Positions 9,568 to 18,127 are shown, counted from the stretch's first letter. The stretch is DNA of 31,616 nt from an uncultured delta proteobacterium (GCA_963715335.1 CAVQRZ010000015.1:1-31616); one strand, 5' to 3'. Made by a program: numbers and translations. Notes: a model not told the origin generated them from the letters alone.

Positions 9568-10098
9568 ATGCCAGACTTGTCCACAAATGATGATGCTTGG
9601 AGCCCTTATCTCGCAGGGGGATTATCGGGAATCGTGTCCATTCTATCGGTCTGGATTGCGGGTCATTTCCTGGGCGCCTCGACCACTTTTGTTCGTACTG
9701 TTGGCTTACTTGAAGAATTCATCTCTCCCGAGCGAGTCGCACAAATGGAGTATTTCATAAAAACCACCCCGAAGATCGATTGGCAGTGGATGTTCGTAGT
9801 CGGCATCTTCATTGGGGCTTTCATTGCCGCTCTGAGTTCTAAGAGCTTCAAATGGCAAGGCTTACCCGATCTATGGCAAAAGCGGTTCGGATCTGAGAGC
9901 CAAGGCAAACGAGCTGTCTTCGCTTTTACCGGAGGTGCTATAGCGATGTACGGAGCCAGACTGGCTGATGGCTGACCGAGCGGTCACGGGCTGAGCGGTT
10001 CGCTCCAGCTAGCTATCAGTGGTTTTGTTTCATTGGCATGCTTCTTCATTGGCGGTGTGTTTGTCGCTCGCCTCATCTACGGAAGGAGCCAGCCATGA
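9568..10098 (+). CDS. YeeE/YedE-family sulfur/selenium transporter subunit, predicted selenoprotein (UGA at 9973-9975 = Sec), 176 aa
   Basis: WSPYLAGGL and DWQWMFVVGIFIGAFIAA; GARLADG-[TGA]-PSGHGLSGSLQLAISG matches the family motif GARLAxGC(T/P)SGHG. The frame continues to TGA 10096-10098, which overlaps the next ATG. Confidence 0.88.
9990..10009 (+). promoter_or_regulatory. Putative bacterial SECIS hairpin
   Basis: gctgagcg-gtt-cgctccagc: stem with one bulge and a small G-first loop about 23 nt downstream of the UGA. Confidence 0.6.
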
Positions 10099-10622
10099 AA
10101 ATGCTCATCTATGGTCTTATAACCGGCATAGCTTTTGGCTTCCTGCTTCAAAAGGGCCGTGTCCTACGCTATGACAAGCAACTTGGAGCGCTATTGTTCA
10201 AAGATATGACCATCATTAAATTCATGCTTTCAAGTGTTTTAGTGGGAATGGTTGGAGTCTATCTTTTGGTTGACCTAGAACTAGCTAAACTAAGTATCAA
10301 AACAACTGTATTGGGGGGAAACATAATTGGTGGGCTGATCTTCGGTGTCGGATGGGGCTTACTTGGATACTGTCCAGGCACCTCAGCCGGAGCCCTTGCA
10401 GAAGGTCGTTGGGATGCTCTCTGGGGTATCATCGGAATGCTGGTGGGAGCGGCAGTGTACGCAGAGGCGTTCCCACTCATGAAAAAAACTGTTCTTACCT
10501 GGGGTGTTTTTGGCAAGATTACCCTACCGGAAATACTTGGAATAAACCATTGGGTGATTATAGTCATTGTTGTTATTGCAGGCTTACTCCTATTCAGCTT
10601 TTTTGAGAAGAAGAACCTTTAA
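10095..10622 (+). CDS. YeeE/YedE-family membrane protein, second subunit
   Basis: GIAFGFLLQKG, FKDMTIIKFM, GGLIFGVGWGLLGYCPGT; RBS aaggag and ATGA coupling give a start at 10095. Confidence 0.9.
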   Translation: MKMLIYGLITGIAFGFLLQKGRVLRYDKQLGALLFKDMTIIKFMLSSVLVGMVGVYLLVDLELAKLSIKTTVLGGNIIGGLIFGVGWGLLGYCPGTSAGALAEGRWDALWGIIGMLVGAAVYAEAFPLMKKTVLTWGVFGKITLPEILGINHWVIIVIVVIAGLLLFSFFEKKNL

Positions 10623-10850
10623 GGCCGTAAAAAAAAGCCCCACAATCATGAGGGAGAGGGGAAGAGAAAAAACTTTGGGAACGAAGGGCGGTTCCGGGGC
10701 TTCTCGGGGTGTTTCCAAGGTGGCCAAGATTAGGCCGCTCTTATTTATCTTGACTGCACAAATGCAAAAATATATGGTCCGCAGTGCTTAGTGTTATCTT
10801 CTGAGCCATCGACTCACGGATATTCGACACCAACACATAAGGAAACTGAT

Positions 10851-11588
10851 ATGCTCAACACTCGATTCTACAGAATTTTTCTCATGACTTTTTTTCTCAC
10901 ATTATCAACAACAGCCTTAGCCGGCGTTTACAAGGTAATTGGGCATGCAGAGCTAAAGCAATTAGTTGATTCCGACTCCCACACCTTCCTGCTGGTAGAT
11001 GCAAGAAACCCAGAGGAATACAGAGAATCCCATATTCCGGGTGCAATCAATATCCCTGAAAATAAATTTCAAAACTCTATTGGTCTGTTACCTTCAGACA
11101 AAAACATGAATTTGATTTTCTACTGTAACGGCATCAAATGTGGCAAAAGTAAAAAGGCCGCAGATCGAGCGGAGAAGCTGGGCTATACCAACATTCTAAT
11201 TTTTGCAGAGGGAATGCCCGTCTGGGAAGAACTCGGGTACTCATTTTACAAAAGTGGAGACTACGAAAAACGAATAGAGACGACCAAGATAGCCCCGGGC
11301 GCATTAAAAGAACTTGCTGACTCGCAACCTGACACCCTCCAAATTGTCGATGTCAGAGATGCCGAGGAGTTTGCTGAAGGGCATATACCAGGAGCGATAA
11401 ATTGTCCGTTATCAACCTTTGCCGCGTCTTCAGAAATTCTGGACAAGAATAAAAAAGTCGTTGTCTACTGCAACTCTGGAGGGCGGAGCTACAGTGCGTA
11501 CAGAAAGTTGATGAAGCTTGGATACCAGAACATTGCTCAATCCCTTTTTGCAGATTGGAAGGATTCAGGGTTACCGGTAGAGCTGTAA
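10851..11588 (+). CDS. Exported tandem rhodanese (sulfurtransferase) domain protein
   Basis: Signal peptide ending TALA; two domains with DAR/DVR..E..HIPGAIN and active-site loops FYCNGIKC and VYCNSGGRS. Confidence 0.9.
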   Translation: MLNTRFYRIFLMTFFLTLSTTALAGVYKVIGHAELKQLVDSDSHTFLLVDARNPEEYRESHIPGAINIPENKFQNSIGLLPSDKNMNLIFYCNGIKCGKSKKAADRAEKLGYTNILIFAEGMPVWEELGYSFYKSGDYEKRIETTKIAPGALKELADSQPDTLQIVDVRDAEEFAEGHIPGAINCPLSTFAASSEILDKNKKVVVYCNSGGRSYSAYRKLMKLGYQNIAQSLFADWKDSGLPVEL

Positions 11589-11691
11589 GAAAAGAGGACA
11601 TATACTAACTGCCCTTATGAATTTGCAGGAAGGTTTGTGCTGATTGTGGCAACTTACTGCCCTAGCAGCCAGACACACACAAACATCAACT

Positions 11692-11723
11692 AGCCCCAGT
11701 CATCCCGGTTGGGGCTTTATTTT
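11692..11723 (+). terminator. Putative intrinsic terminator
   Basis: agccccagtc-atccc-ggttggggct followed by ttatttt. Confidence 0.55.
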
Positions 11724-11899
11724 AATCTTCTCGCATCGCTTTAAAGTTTCCATATTCGCCTAAATGAGAAGTTCTTGGCGACCCTGAACTTATAAGCAAA
11801 TGGCCACTCGAGATTCATCCAGGTGACCATCGTTTTGTTGATGAGGGGACGTCTCAAACAACTCTATCAATAACACGCCTGCCAGTCGTGACTTGCAAG

Positions 11900-12010
11900 A
11901 AAAAAAGCCCCACAGTTCTGGAGGTAGAGACTGTGGGGCAAGCTTTTCTATGTTTAGGAGGTTTTGAAGAAGATTATCTCTGACCCGCCTGCCACAGCAA
12001 GTCTTCGATG
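11900..12010 (-). ncRNA. Putative ~110-nt sRNA, copy 1, with anti-SD CCUCC motifs
   Basis: Near-identical to 30290-30398. Ends in GCCCCACAG...CTGTGGGGC-T7 terminator; -10-like TAAATT at 12022-12017. Confidence 0.6.
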
Positions 12011-12140
12011 GTTGTTAATTTATCGAATCCTGCAAGAAAAAGATACGTGGTGTCTGGTAAAAATTGAATCTACATCACACGAAAATGAACTGTGCAATGA
12101 CGCACTACCGAATGTCCGATTGATAGCGATCAATTACACG
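11900..12140. repeat. ~240-bp dispersed repeat, copy 1 (copy 2 at ~30290-30528)
   Basis: Direct alignment by eye, e.g. shared tgtttaggaggttttgaagaagattatctc and gtaaaaattgaatctacatcacacgaaaat. Confidence 0.95.
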
Positions 12141-12226
12141 CCTATTTAAGTCTTGGCAGTGGAGATAAACCATCATTGCAGCGTAAATCGACAGTGCGCT
12201 TCTTCGTGTCAGCTGGAGTTGTCATT

Positions 12227-12628
12227 TCAACCGCGGTCTCCCAAAAAATCCCCCGAAGCGATTACTGGCAAGCCGTCGGTAGGCCGATTGTATAAATAGA
12301 CCCATGCCGGCAGCTTTTGGCCGGTGCCAAGGACTACTTCCTGCTTTACGCGCAAATACTCTGTGGGTTGAGTGGCCCTGGGGCCACACCCTTCGTACTG
12401 ATCAAGGGTGGACAGTACTTTCGCAGGCCTATGGAGGGAGTATACCTCTCCTTTCACCTGCTGAGTTGGTTCGTCTGCAGGGACGGCGCCAGGGTAGTCG
12501 TCAATTCTGTACAGTCGACCCTGGTATGTTGCTTTGCCCACAAAAACCGCACAGCGAGCAAGGAGATGGTACATCTCGCTTTCTGTCTCTCTTCTCAGGG
12601 TTCCATATACGAACAAGTAGTCCAGCAT
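12227..12628 (-). CDS. Gamma-glutamylcyclotransferase (AIG2-like) family protein
   Basis: LFVYGTLRR, YPGAV, VKGEVY, LDQYEG, AWVYLYN, IASGDF. Confidence 0.92.
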   Translation of the reverse strand: MLDYLFVYGTLRRETESEMYHLLARCAVFVGKATYQGRLYRIDDYPGAVPADEPTQQVKGEVYSLHRPAKVLSTLDQYEGCGPRATQPTEYLRVKQEVVLGTGQKLPAWVYLYNRPTDGLPVIASGDFLGDRG

Positions 12629-12781
12629 TTCCCTTTTCCTTCAATCCTCACACTTCTTGGCAGAAGTGCGAGGTTCCTGCTAACTGGCATGCTGATATTC
12701 CACACGATCATGCAATTTCTAAACGGGGCTCACAGGGTTACCAGCGCTATTCTTCAACACGAAATTAAATACCCTTTTTAA

Positions 12782-13006
12782 CTAGCGAAGCGGATCAAAC
12801 AGGGACTCGAGACCGTTTAATTTTATCTCGTAGACAGCTTGCAGCCTTCTCCCAAGCTGCCCCTCCGGGAAGCCCTGGTTGGCGAACCAGACCAGGTAAT
12901 GCTCCGGCAGGTCAATGAGCCTGCGTCCCTGGTACTTGCCGAACGGCATGCGCGCCTGTGCCAGATCAACAAGCTCCTTGTGTCCTGAATCGATATCCCT
13001 GCTCAT
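12782..13006 (-). CDS. DUF3820 family protein
   Basis: MPFGKYQGRRLIDLPEHYLVWF..GFPEGQLG..L..VYEIKLNGLE. Confidence 0.9.
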   Translation of the reverse strand: MSRDIDSGHKELVDLAQARMPFGKYQGRRLIDLPEHYLVWFANQGFPEGQLGRRLQAVYEIKLNGLESLFDPLR

Positions 13007-14007
13007 GAAGGTTCGATCTTTGCGACCAGATCGGTAAAGGCTGCAAGGCTTCTGGTCCTTTTCAGCTTGCCGACCGACCGGGCAAATTCGGGTTGATCGA
13101 GAAAAGCCAGAACGTTCTTGGCCTTGTCGAGGACCTGCTGCTCGCCGCGGAAAAGTTCCTGGTAACGTTCCAGAACAGCTCCCATGTATTTGCGCATCAT
13201 CTCCGCCGTTTCAACTGGCGTCGGTTCGTTCATGCAGTGGCTTCTGATGCGGGCAAAGAGCAGTGGGTCGGCCATTGCGCCGCGGCCGAGCATCAGCCCT
13301 GATGCCCCGGTTGTCTCGAGCACCTGAAGCCCCTGTTTGGCACTGCGTATGTCGCCGTTGGCAATGATCGGTATGGTGGTCTGATTGACCAGGCGTGCGG
13401 TGATGGAGTGGTCAGCCGAGCCGGCGTATTTTTGCAGGACTGTCCGCGGATGCAGGACCAGGAAGTCGACCTGGTTGTCCTCGAACAGCGATGCCAGGGA
13501 AAAAATCTGTTCGAGGTCGCTGTAGCCGGCCCGCATTTTGATGGAGAAGCTGCCTGCTATCGCCTGGCGCAGGGCCGGTATGATGGCCGAGAGTCGCTCG
13601 GGGTATTGCAACATGGCCCCACCGGTTGCGCCGGTGGTCATGCGTCCGTACGGGCAACCCATATTGAGGTTGATGTGGCGCGCTCCGGCTGCTTCAGCGT
13701 TGCGGGCCGCAGCGACCAGCGCCCGGGCATCGTTGCCGACCAGCTGCGCCACCAGCGGAACGCCTCCGGTTGCGCTGCCGGCCTCGGTCAGGTCGTTGCG
13801 GGCCAGGCGTTTGCGGCTGACGTTGCTGACTCGCATGAACTCGGTAAAGACCACGTCGGGGCGAACCCAATTTATAAACAGGTCCCGCAGTGCGCGATTG
13901 GTCAGCCCCTGCATCGGTGCCAGCATAATCGGGGCTTCAGCTTGCCGCCACGGCAGGTTGCGTTGTTTGCAGCCTCCCCGGTCAGCCGATGATCGGTTCT
14001 CGTTCAT
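13003..14007 (-). CDS. tRNA-dihydrouridine synthase (Dus) family protein
   Basis: LAPMQGLT, NLNMGCP, KMRAG, LHPRTVLQKY, IANGDI, MLGRGA. Confidence 0.9.
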   Translation of the reverse strand: MNENRSSADRGGCKQRNLPWRQAEAPIMLAPMQGLTNRALRDLFINWVRPDVVFTEFMRVSNVSRKRLARNDLTEAGSATGGVPLVAQLVGNDARALVAAARNAEAAGARHINLNMGCPYGRMTTGATGGAMLQYPERLSAIIPALRQAIAGSFSIKMRAGYSDLEQIFSLASLFEDNQVDFLVLHPRTVLQKYAGSADHSITARLVNQTTIPIIANGDIRSAKQGLQVLETTGASGLMLGRGAMADPLLFARIRSHCMNEPTPVETAEMMRKYMGAVLERYQELFRGEQQVLDKAKNVLAFLDQPEFARSVGKLKRTRSLAAFTDLVAKIEPS

Positions 14008-14026
14008 GGTTTGCGACTTCGATGTG

Positions 14027-15907
14027 TTAATCGCTCAGGGCGTCCAGTTCTTCCCAGCGGCGATAGGTTGCGGCGAGTTCCCGTTCGATCTCCTCGAGTC
14101 TTGTATTGACCTCTGCAACCGCTGCTCCTGCAGTCCGATAGAATTCCGGGTCGGCGATTTTCTCGTGCAGTTTGGCGACGTCCGTTTCAAGGCTTTCGAT
14201 TCGCAAAGGCAACTCATCGAGTTCCTGTCTTTCCTTGAAAGTCAATTTTCGCGGTCGCTCTTTTTTCGGCTTGCCACGATTAAGAGGCTTCTCCTTGTCA
14301 GGCGCAATCAAGCTTTGCGGCCTCTGTTGCAGCCAGTCATCATAGCCACCGACATATTCCCGTACCTGGCCGTCTGCCTCAAAGGCGATGGTGCTGGTAA
14401 CGACCCGGTTGAGAAATGCCCGGTCGTGACTGACCAGAAAGAGCGTACCCTTGAAATCGGCCAGCAGCTCCTCGAGCAGGTCCAGCGTCTCCAGGTCAAG
14501 ATCGTTGGTCGGTTCGTCAAGGACCAGGACGTTGGCCTCGCGAGTAAAAAGTCGGGCCAGCAGGAGCCGGTTCCGCTCTCCTCCGGAGAGGATGCGTACC
14601 GGGCTACGGGCTCGGTCGGGCGTGAACAGGAAATCCTGGAGGTAACCGATCACGTGGCGTGATCTGCCGTCGATAACCACCGAATCCTGATCGCCGGCAA
14701 GGTTCTGCTGAACGGTCAGGTTGGGGTCGAGCTGCTCGCGCATCTGATCAAAATAAAGTACGTGCAGATTGGTGCCGAGGCGCACTGTACCTTGTTGGGG
14801 CTTGATCTCACCCAGCAAGAGTTTCAACAGGGTCGTCTTGCCGATCCCGTTTGGCCCGATAATGCCGATCCGGTCGCCACGCAGGACCGTGGCCGAGAAG
14901 TCACTGACCAGCGGTGCCTTGTCATACGCGAAGGACAACCCCTTGACTTCGGCGACCAGCTTACCGCTGCGTTCTGCCTCCTGCAGATTGAGACGAGCCG
15001 TACCGATGCGTTCACGGCGCTGGCGGAACTCTTCACGCATTTTCTTCAACGCACGGACGCGTCCTTCGTTTCGAGTCCGCCGGGCCTTGATCCCTTTGCG
15101 GATCCAGACCTCCTCCTCGGCCAGTTTCTTGTCGAAACGGGCCTGCTCCTGTGCTTCGGCATTGAGCAACTCATCCTTGCGTTGCAGGAAGGTGTCGTAG
15201 TCGCAGGCAAAGTCAAACAGGCGGCCACGGTCTATTTCGACGATGCGGGTCGCAAGCCTGCGCAGGAATGCCCGGTCGTGGGTGACAAAAACCAGAGTCA
15301 GGTTCTCGCGCTGCAGAAACTCCTCGAGCCAGGTGATCGATTCGATGTCGAGATGGTTGGTCGGTTCATCAAGTAACAGGATGTCGGGGTCGACTGCCAG
15401 GGCGCGCGCCAGCAGCACCCGGCGCAGGATCCCCCCGGAAAGGCTTGAGACCGGTAGGTCGGTCGGCAGCTTCAGTCGGGAGAGGACTTGCTCGATCCTC
15501 TGCTGGTGTGACCAGCCGTCGCTGCTCTCGAGTCGCTGATGAACATCTGCCAATTGGCTGCTCAGGCCGGTTTCACCACTGTCCGCGCGCCGGGTGAGGT
15601 CGTGATAGCGAACCAGCAGGGCCCCTGTTTCAGCCAAGCCTTGTGCCGTCGCCTCGTAGATGGTCCCCTGCAGGTTTCTGGGAACATCCTGCTCCAGGCG
15701 TGCGACCCGCAACCCCTGCTGACGGTCGATGAGTCCGCCGTCAGCCTGTAATTCACCGGCAATGACCTTCAGAAGAGTGGATTTACCCGTGCCGTTGCGT
15801 CCCAGTAGAGCAATCCGCTCACCTTTTTGTATCCGCAGGGAGATATCAAGGAGCAGGGGGGGGCCGCCGAAGGCGAGGTTGATATTGCGCAGGTTGATCA
15901 GTGCCAT
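14027..15907 (-). CDS. uup: ABC-F family ATPase Uup
   Basis: Two ABC domains (GRNGTGKS, GPNGIGKT, LSGG, LDEPTN), linker EEVWIRKGIKARRTRNEGRVRALK, C-terminal KLTFKERQEL...RWEEL. Confidence 0.93.
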   Translation of the reverse strand: MALINLRNINLAFGGPPLLLDISLRIQKGERIALLGRNGTGKSTLLKVIAGELQADGGLIDRQQGLRVARLEQDVPRNLQGTIYEATAQGLAETGALLVRYHDLTRRADSGETGLSSQLADVHQRLESSDGWSHQQRIEQVLSRLKLPTDLPVSSLSGGILRRVLLARALAVDPDILLLDEPTNHLDIESITWLEEFLQRENLTLVFVTHDRAFLRRLATRIVEIDRGRLFDFACDYDTFLQRKDELLNAEAQEQARFDKKLAEEEVWIRKGIKARRTRNEGRVRALKKMREEFRQRRERIGTARLNLQEAERSGKLVAEVKGLSFAYDKAPLVSDFSATVLRGDRIGIIGPNGIGKTTLLKLLLGEIKPQQGTVRLGTNLHVLYFDQMREQLDPNLTVQQNLAGDQDSVVIDGRSRHVIGYLQDFLFTPDRARSPVRILSGGERNRLLLARLFTREANVLVLDEPTNDLDLETLDLLEELLADFKGTLFLVSHDRAFLNRVVTSTIAFEADGQVREYVGGYDDWLQQRPQSLIAPDKEKPLNRGKPKKERPRKLTFKERQELDELPLRIESLETDVAKLHEKIADPEFYRTAGAAVAEVNTRLEEIERELAATYRRWEELDALSD

Positions 15908-16065
15908 GGGATTGCTTTCCGGGGTAGAGACGGGATTATGGCAGAGCCTTCCGAAGATGAAAAGTAAAATGGGATATTTCTGCGAGCCCTGATTTTCAAT
16001 GTTTTCTCGAGTTCTTGGTGTTAGACTGATTTCCTGGTGTTAACGGTTTTATCAGGAGTCTGAGA

Positions 16066-16893
16066 ATGCTTGAGCCTGGCCGCACGAACCTGCTTACAGT
16101 GCATGCGATGGATGATGAAGGAGCCTGGCTCCAGGTCAACAAGGAAAGAGCCCTGCTGCCGAAGTCTGAAGTCCCCGCAGAGATGGCCCCGGGTGACCAG
16201 TTGGCCGCCTTTGTCTATGCGAATTTAGAAGGTAAAATGGTTGCGACGCTCCGACAACCTTTGGCGGAGTTCGGCGAGTTCGCCTTGATGCGGGTCAGCC
16301 AGGTGAACAGTCACGGCGCCTTCATGGATTGGGGATTAGCCAAAGATCTCCTGGTGCCGCCCAAGGAGCAGCTGGAACAGATGAAGCCGGGACGACGTTA
16401 TCTGGTCAAGGTGCGCCTTGATCGCCAGAACCGTCCGATCGGTACTGCGCGTATCGAAAAAAGCCTCTCATCCGCCGATGAGACGATACAGGCCGGGCAG
16501 AAGGTCGACCTGATCGTATACCTGTTCACGCCATTGGGGGCCAAGGTGATTATCAATCACCGTTTCAGCGGTCTGCTGTATCGTGATGAAATCGGTAACC
16601 GTCTTAGTTACGGTGATCATATCTCGGGCTATATCAGACAGATCCGTGCCGACGGCAAGATTGACTGTTCGCTGAGTCAGGGCACCCGTGATGACCTGGA
16701 TGATGCCAGGGCGACGATCATGAAGGCACTGAATGATAACCAGGGCTTCCTGCCCCTGCACGACAAAAGTTCGCCGGAGCAGATTCAGGAGATTCTTGGC
16801 TTAAGCAAGAAGCTTTTCAAGAAGGGGATTGGCGGGCTATACAAAGCTGGCCTGATTAAGTTGACTGACGGTGGGGTTCGCCTTAAAAATTGA
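16066..16893 (+). CDS. CvfB/YitL-family S1 RNA-binding protein
   Basis: GAFMDWGLAKDLLVP..EQ, DGKIDCSL, GFLPLHDKSSPEQI, SKKLFKKGIGGLYK. Confidence 0.9.
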   Translation: MLEPGRTNLLTVHAMDDEGAWLQVNKERALLPKSEVPAEMAPGDQLAAFVYANLEGKMVATLRQPLAEFGEFALMRVSQVNSHGAFMDWGLAKDLLVPPKEQLEQMKPGRRYLVKVRLDRQNRPIGTARIEKSLSSADETIQAGQKVDLIVYLFTPLGAKVIINHRFSGLLYRDEIGNRLSYGDHISGYIRQIRADGKIDCSLSQGTRDDLDDARATIMKALNDNQGFLPLHDKSSPEQIQEILGLSKKLFKKGIGGLYKAGLIKLTDGGVRLKN

Positions 16894-16999
16894 GTCAGGA
16901 ACTTTGACAGACACAGAATGCTGTTGTAGAAATTCAATAACGGTTTAGTTCTGACCGACACCGAGCGCTTTAACAAAACCTGACAACAAGGAGAGAATG

Positions 17000-17191
17000 A
17001 TGGCAACTTATAGCTGTGCAAAATGTGGCATGGGCGTGAATGCAACCTGCGCTAAGTGTGATGCTCCTCTAGAAAACGACAACCTGAAACTGCCCGATGG
17101 CAAGAACGTTCAGATATCCAAATGCCCGAACGGTCACGGCAAGATCAAGTCGCCGATGTGTTGTGGCCAGGATATGAGTTGTTCTATCTGA
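17000..17191 (+). CDS. Small Cys-rich metal-binding protein (63 aa)
   Basis: RBS aaggagag; CAKC-x7-CAKC...CPNGH...CCGQDM; followed by a terminator. Confidence 0.85.
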   Translation: MATYSCAKCGMGVNATCAKCDAPLENDNLKLPDGKNVQISKCPNGHGKIKSPMCCGQDMSCSI

Positions 17192-17212
17192 ACAATTCGC
17201 GGTAAAAGCATT

Positions 17213-17241
17213 AAAAAGGCAGCCATCCGGCTGCCTTTTTT
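17213..17241. terminator. Bidirectional intrinsic terminator
   Basis: aaaaaggcagcc-atcc-ggctgcctttttt between convergent genes. Confidence 0.85.
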
Positions 17242-17268
17242 GGTCGGCCTGCCAGAGGGCCTTGCCCT

Positions 17269-17955
17269 TCACAGCTCATGTTTGGGAGGAAACCCGCTTT
17301 TATCGACATATTGTCTGGATTTCCCGCTACGGAATGCGAGGGTGATTGTCAGCAGGACCGCCAGCGCAAGTGAGATGCCCCCACCCCAAAGGATAAGTTG
17401 ATCAAACCGGCCGCCTTCATTCGTCTTCAGGGCTGCAAGCTCTGAGCGGATTTCGGCGAGCTGTCGTTGCGTTTCAGTGAGCTGTTGTTGGGTTTCGGCC
17501 ACGGCCTGTTCGGTCTGCCTCCGGCTCGAGGTGAGCTCATCACGCAGGGTTCGAAGCACCCCTTCCTGGGAGTCTGATTTCTCTGCCTGTTGTTGCAAGC
17601 GGGCCTGATTCTGCTGGTTGAATTCGTTGACCATTGCCTGGACTGTCTCCTTCAGGCTTTGTATGGTGCTTTCGATTCCTTGCAAAGCTTCCTGCTGACT
17701 GCCAAGCGTCTTGGTCGCGGCCGCCAAATGCGATTCCAGGTCGCGCTGTTTCTTCTCGGTGCCGGCTAGAAGGCGGGTGAACTGCTCCGGTTGTTTTTCA
17801 ATGAGGGCTTTCTGTGTGGCAAGGTCTCTCTGGAGATACCAGATCTTTTCCTGAATCTGTTCTATTTCAGTTAAAACCAGGGCCTGGTCAGCATACAGAG
17901 GGGCTGCACAGAGCAGTCCCACGAGTAGGGACAGTAGTATTTTCATCTTAAACAT
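17269..17955 (-). CDS. Exported coiled-coil protein with C-terminal TM anchor
   Basis: Signal peptide, Q/E-rich heptads, C-terminal hydrophobic LILWGGGISLALAVLLTITLAF. Confidence 0.8.
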   Translation of the reverse strand: MFKMKILLSLLVGLLCAAPLYADQALVLTEIEQIQEKIWYLQRDLATQKALIEKQPEQFTRLLAGTEKKQRDLESHLAAATKTLGSQQEALQGIESTIQSLKETVQAMVNEFNQQNQARLQQQAEKSDSQEGVLRTLRDELTSSRRQTEQAVAETQQQLTETQRQLAEIRSELAALKTNEGGRFDQLILWGGGISLALAVLLTITLAFRSGKSRQYVDKSGFPPKHEL

Positions 17956-18127
17956 AACCCTTCTTCTTGTCGCAACTGGTTAAGTAAGTGTTGTTTAGAA
18001 CCTCTCGCGATGGTAACAAATTTTCGTATTATCTGTTATGTTTTTTGCATTGAATAATGTGGCGGCGGGTTCTGGTTTAATTTCAGCTGTTAATTTATGG
18101 TAAAACTTACTTTATTACAGAGGGCCT

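Noticed and set aside
9568..9975. Truncated YeeE pseudogene as given in the ORF track
   Set aside because: The TGA falls exactly on the conserved Cys, the downstream frame is intact and coupled to the next gene, and a SECIS-like hairpin follows.
11900..12010. CsrB/RsmY-like GGA sponge RNA on the plus strand
   Set aside because: Only two GGA motifs, and the terminator polarity is opposite.
11964..12149. 61-aa plus-strand ORF after AGGAGG within the repeat (possible type I toxin or small peptide)
   Set aside because: SD-to-TTG spacing is too short, the same frame in copy 2 stops after 19 codons, and the terminator T-tract points to the minus strand.
13538..14662. 374-aa plus-strand ORF and other long antisense ORFs (e.g. 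2367-3215, 693-1343, 28679-29386)
   Set aside because: Shadow frames opposite well-supported GC-rich genes, with no recognisable motifs.
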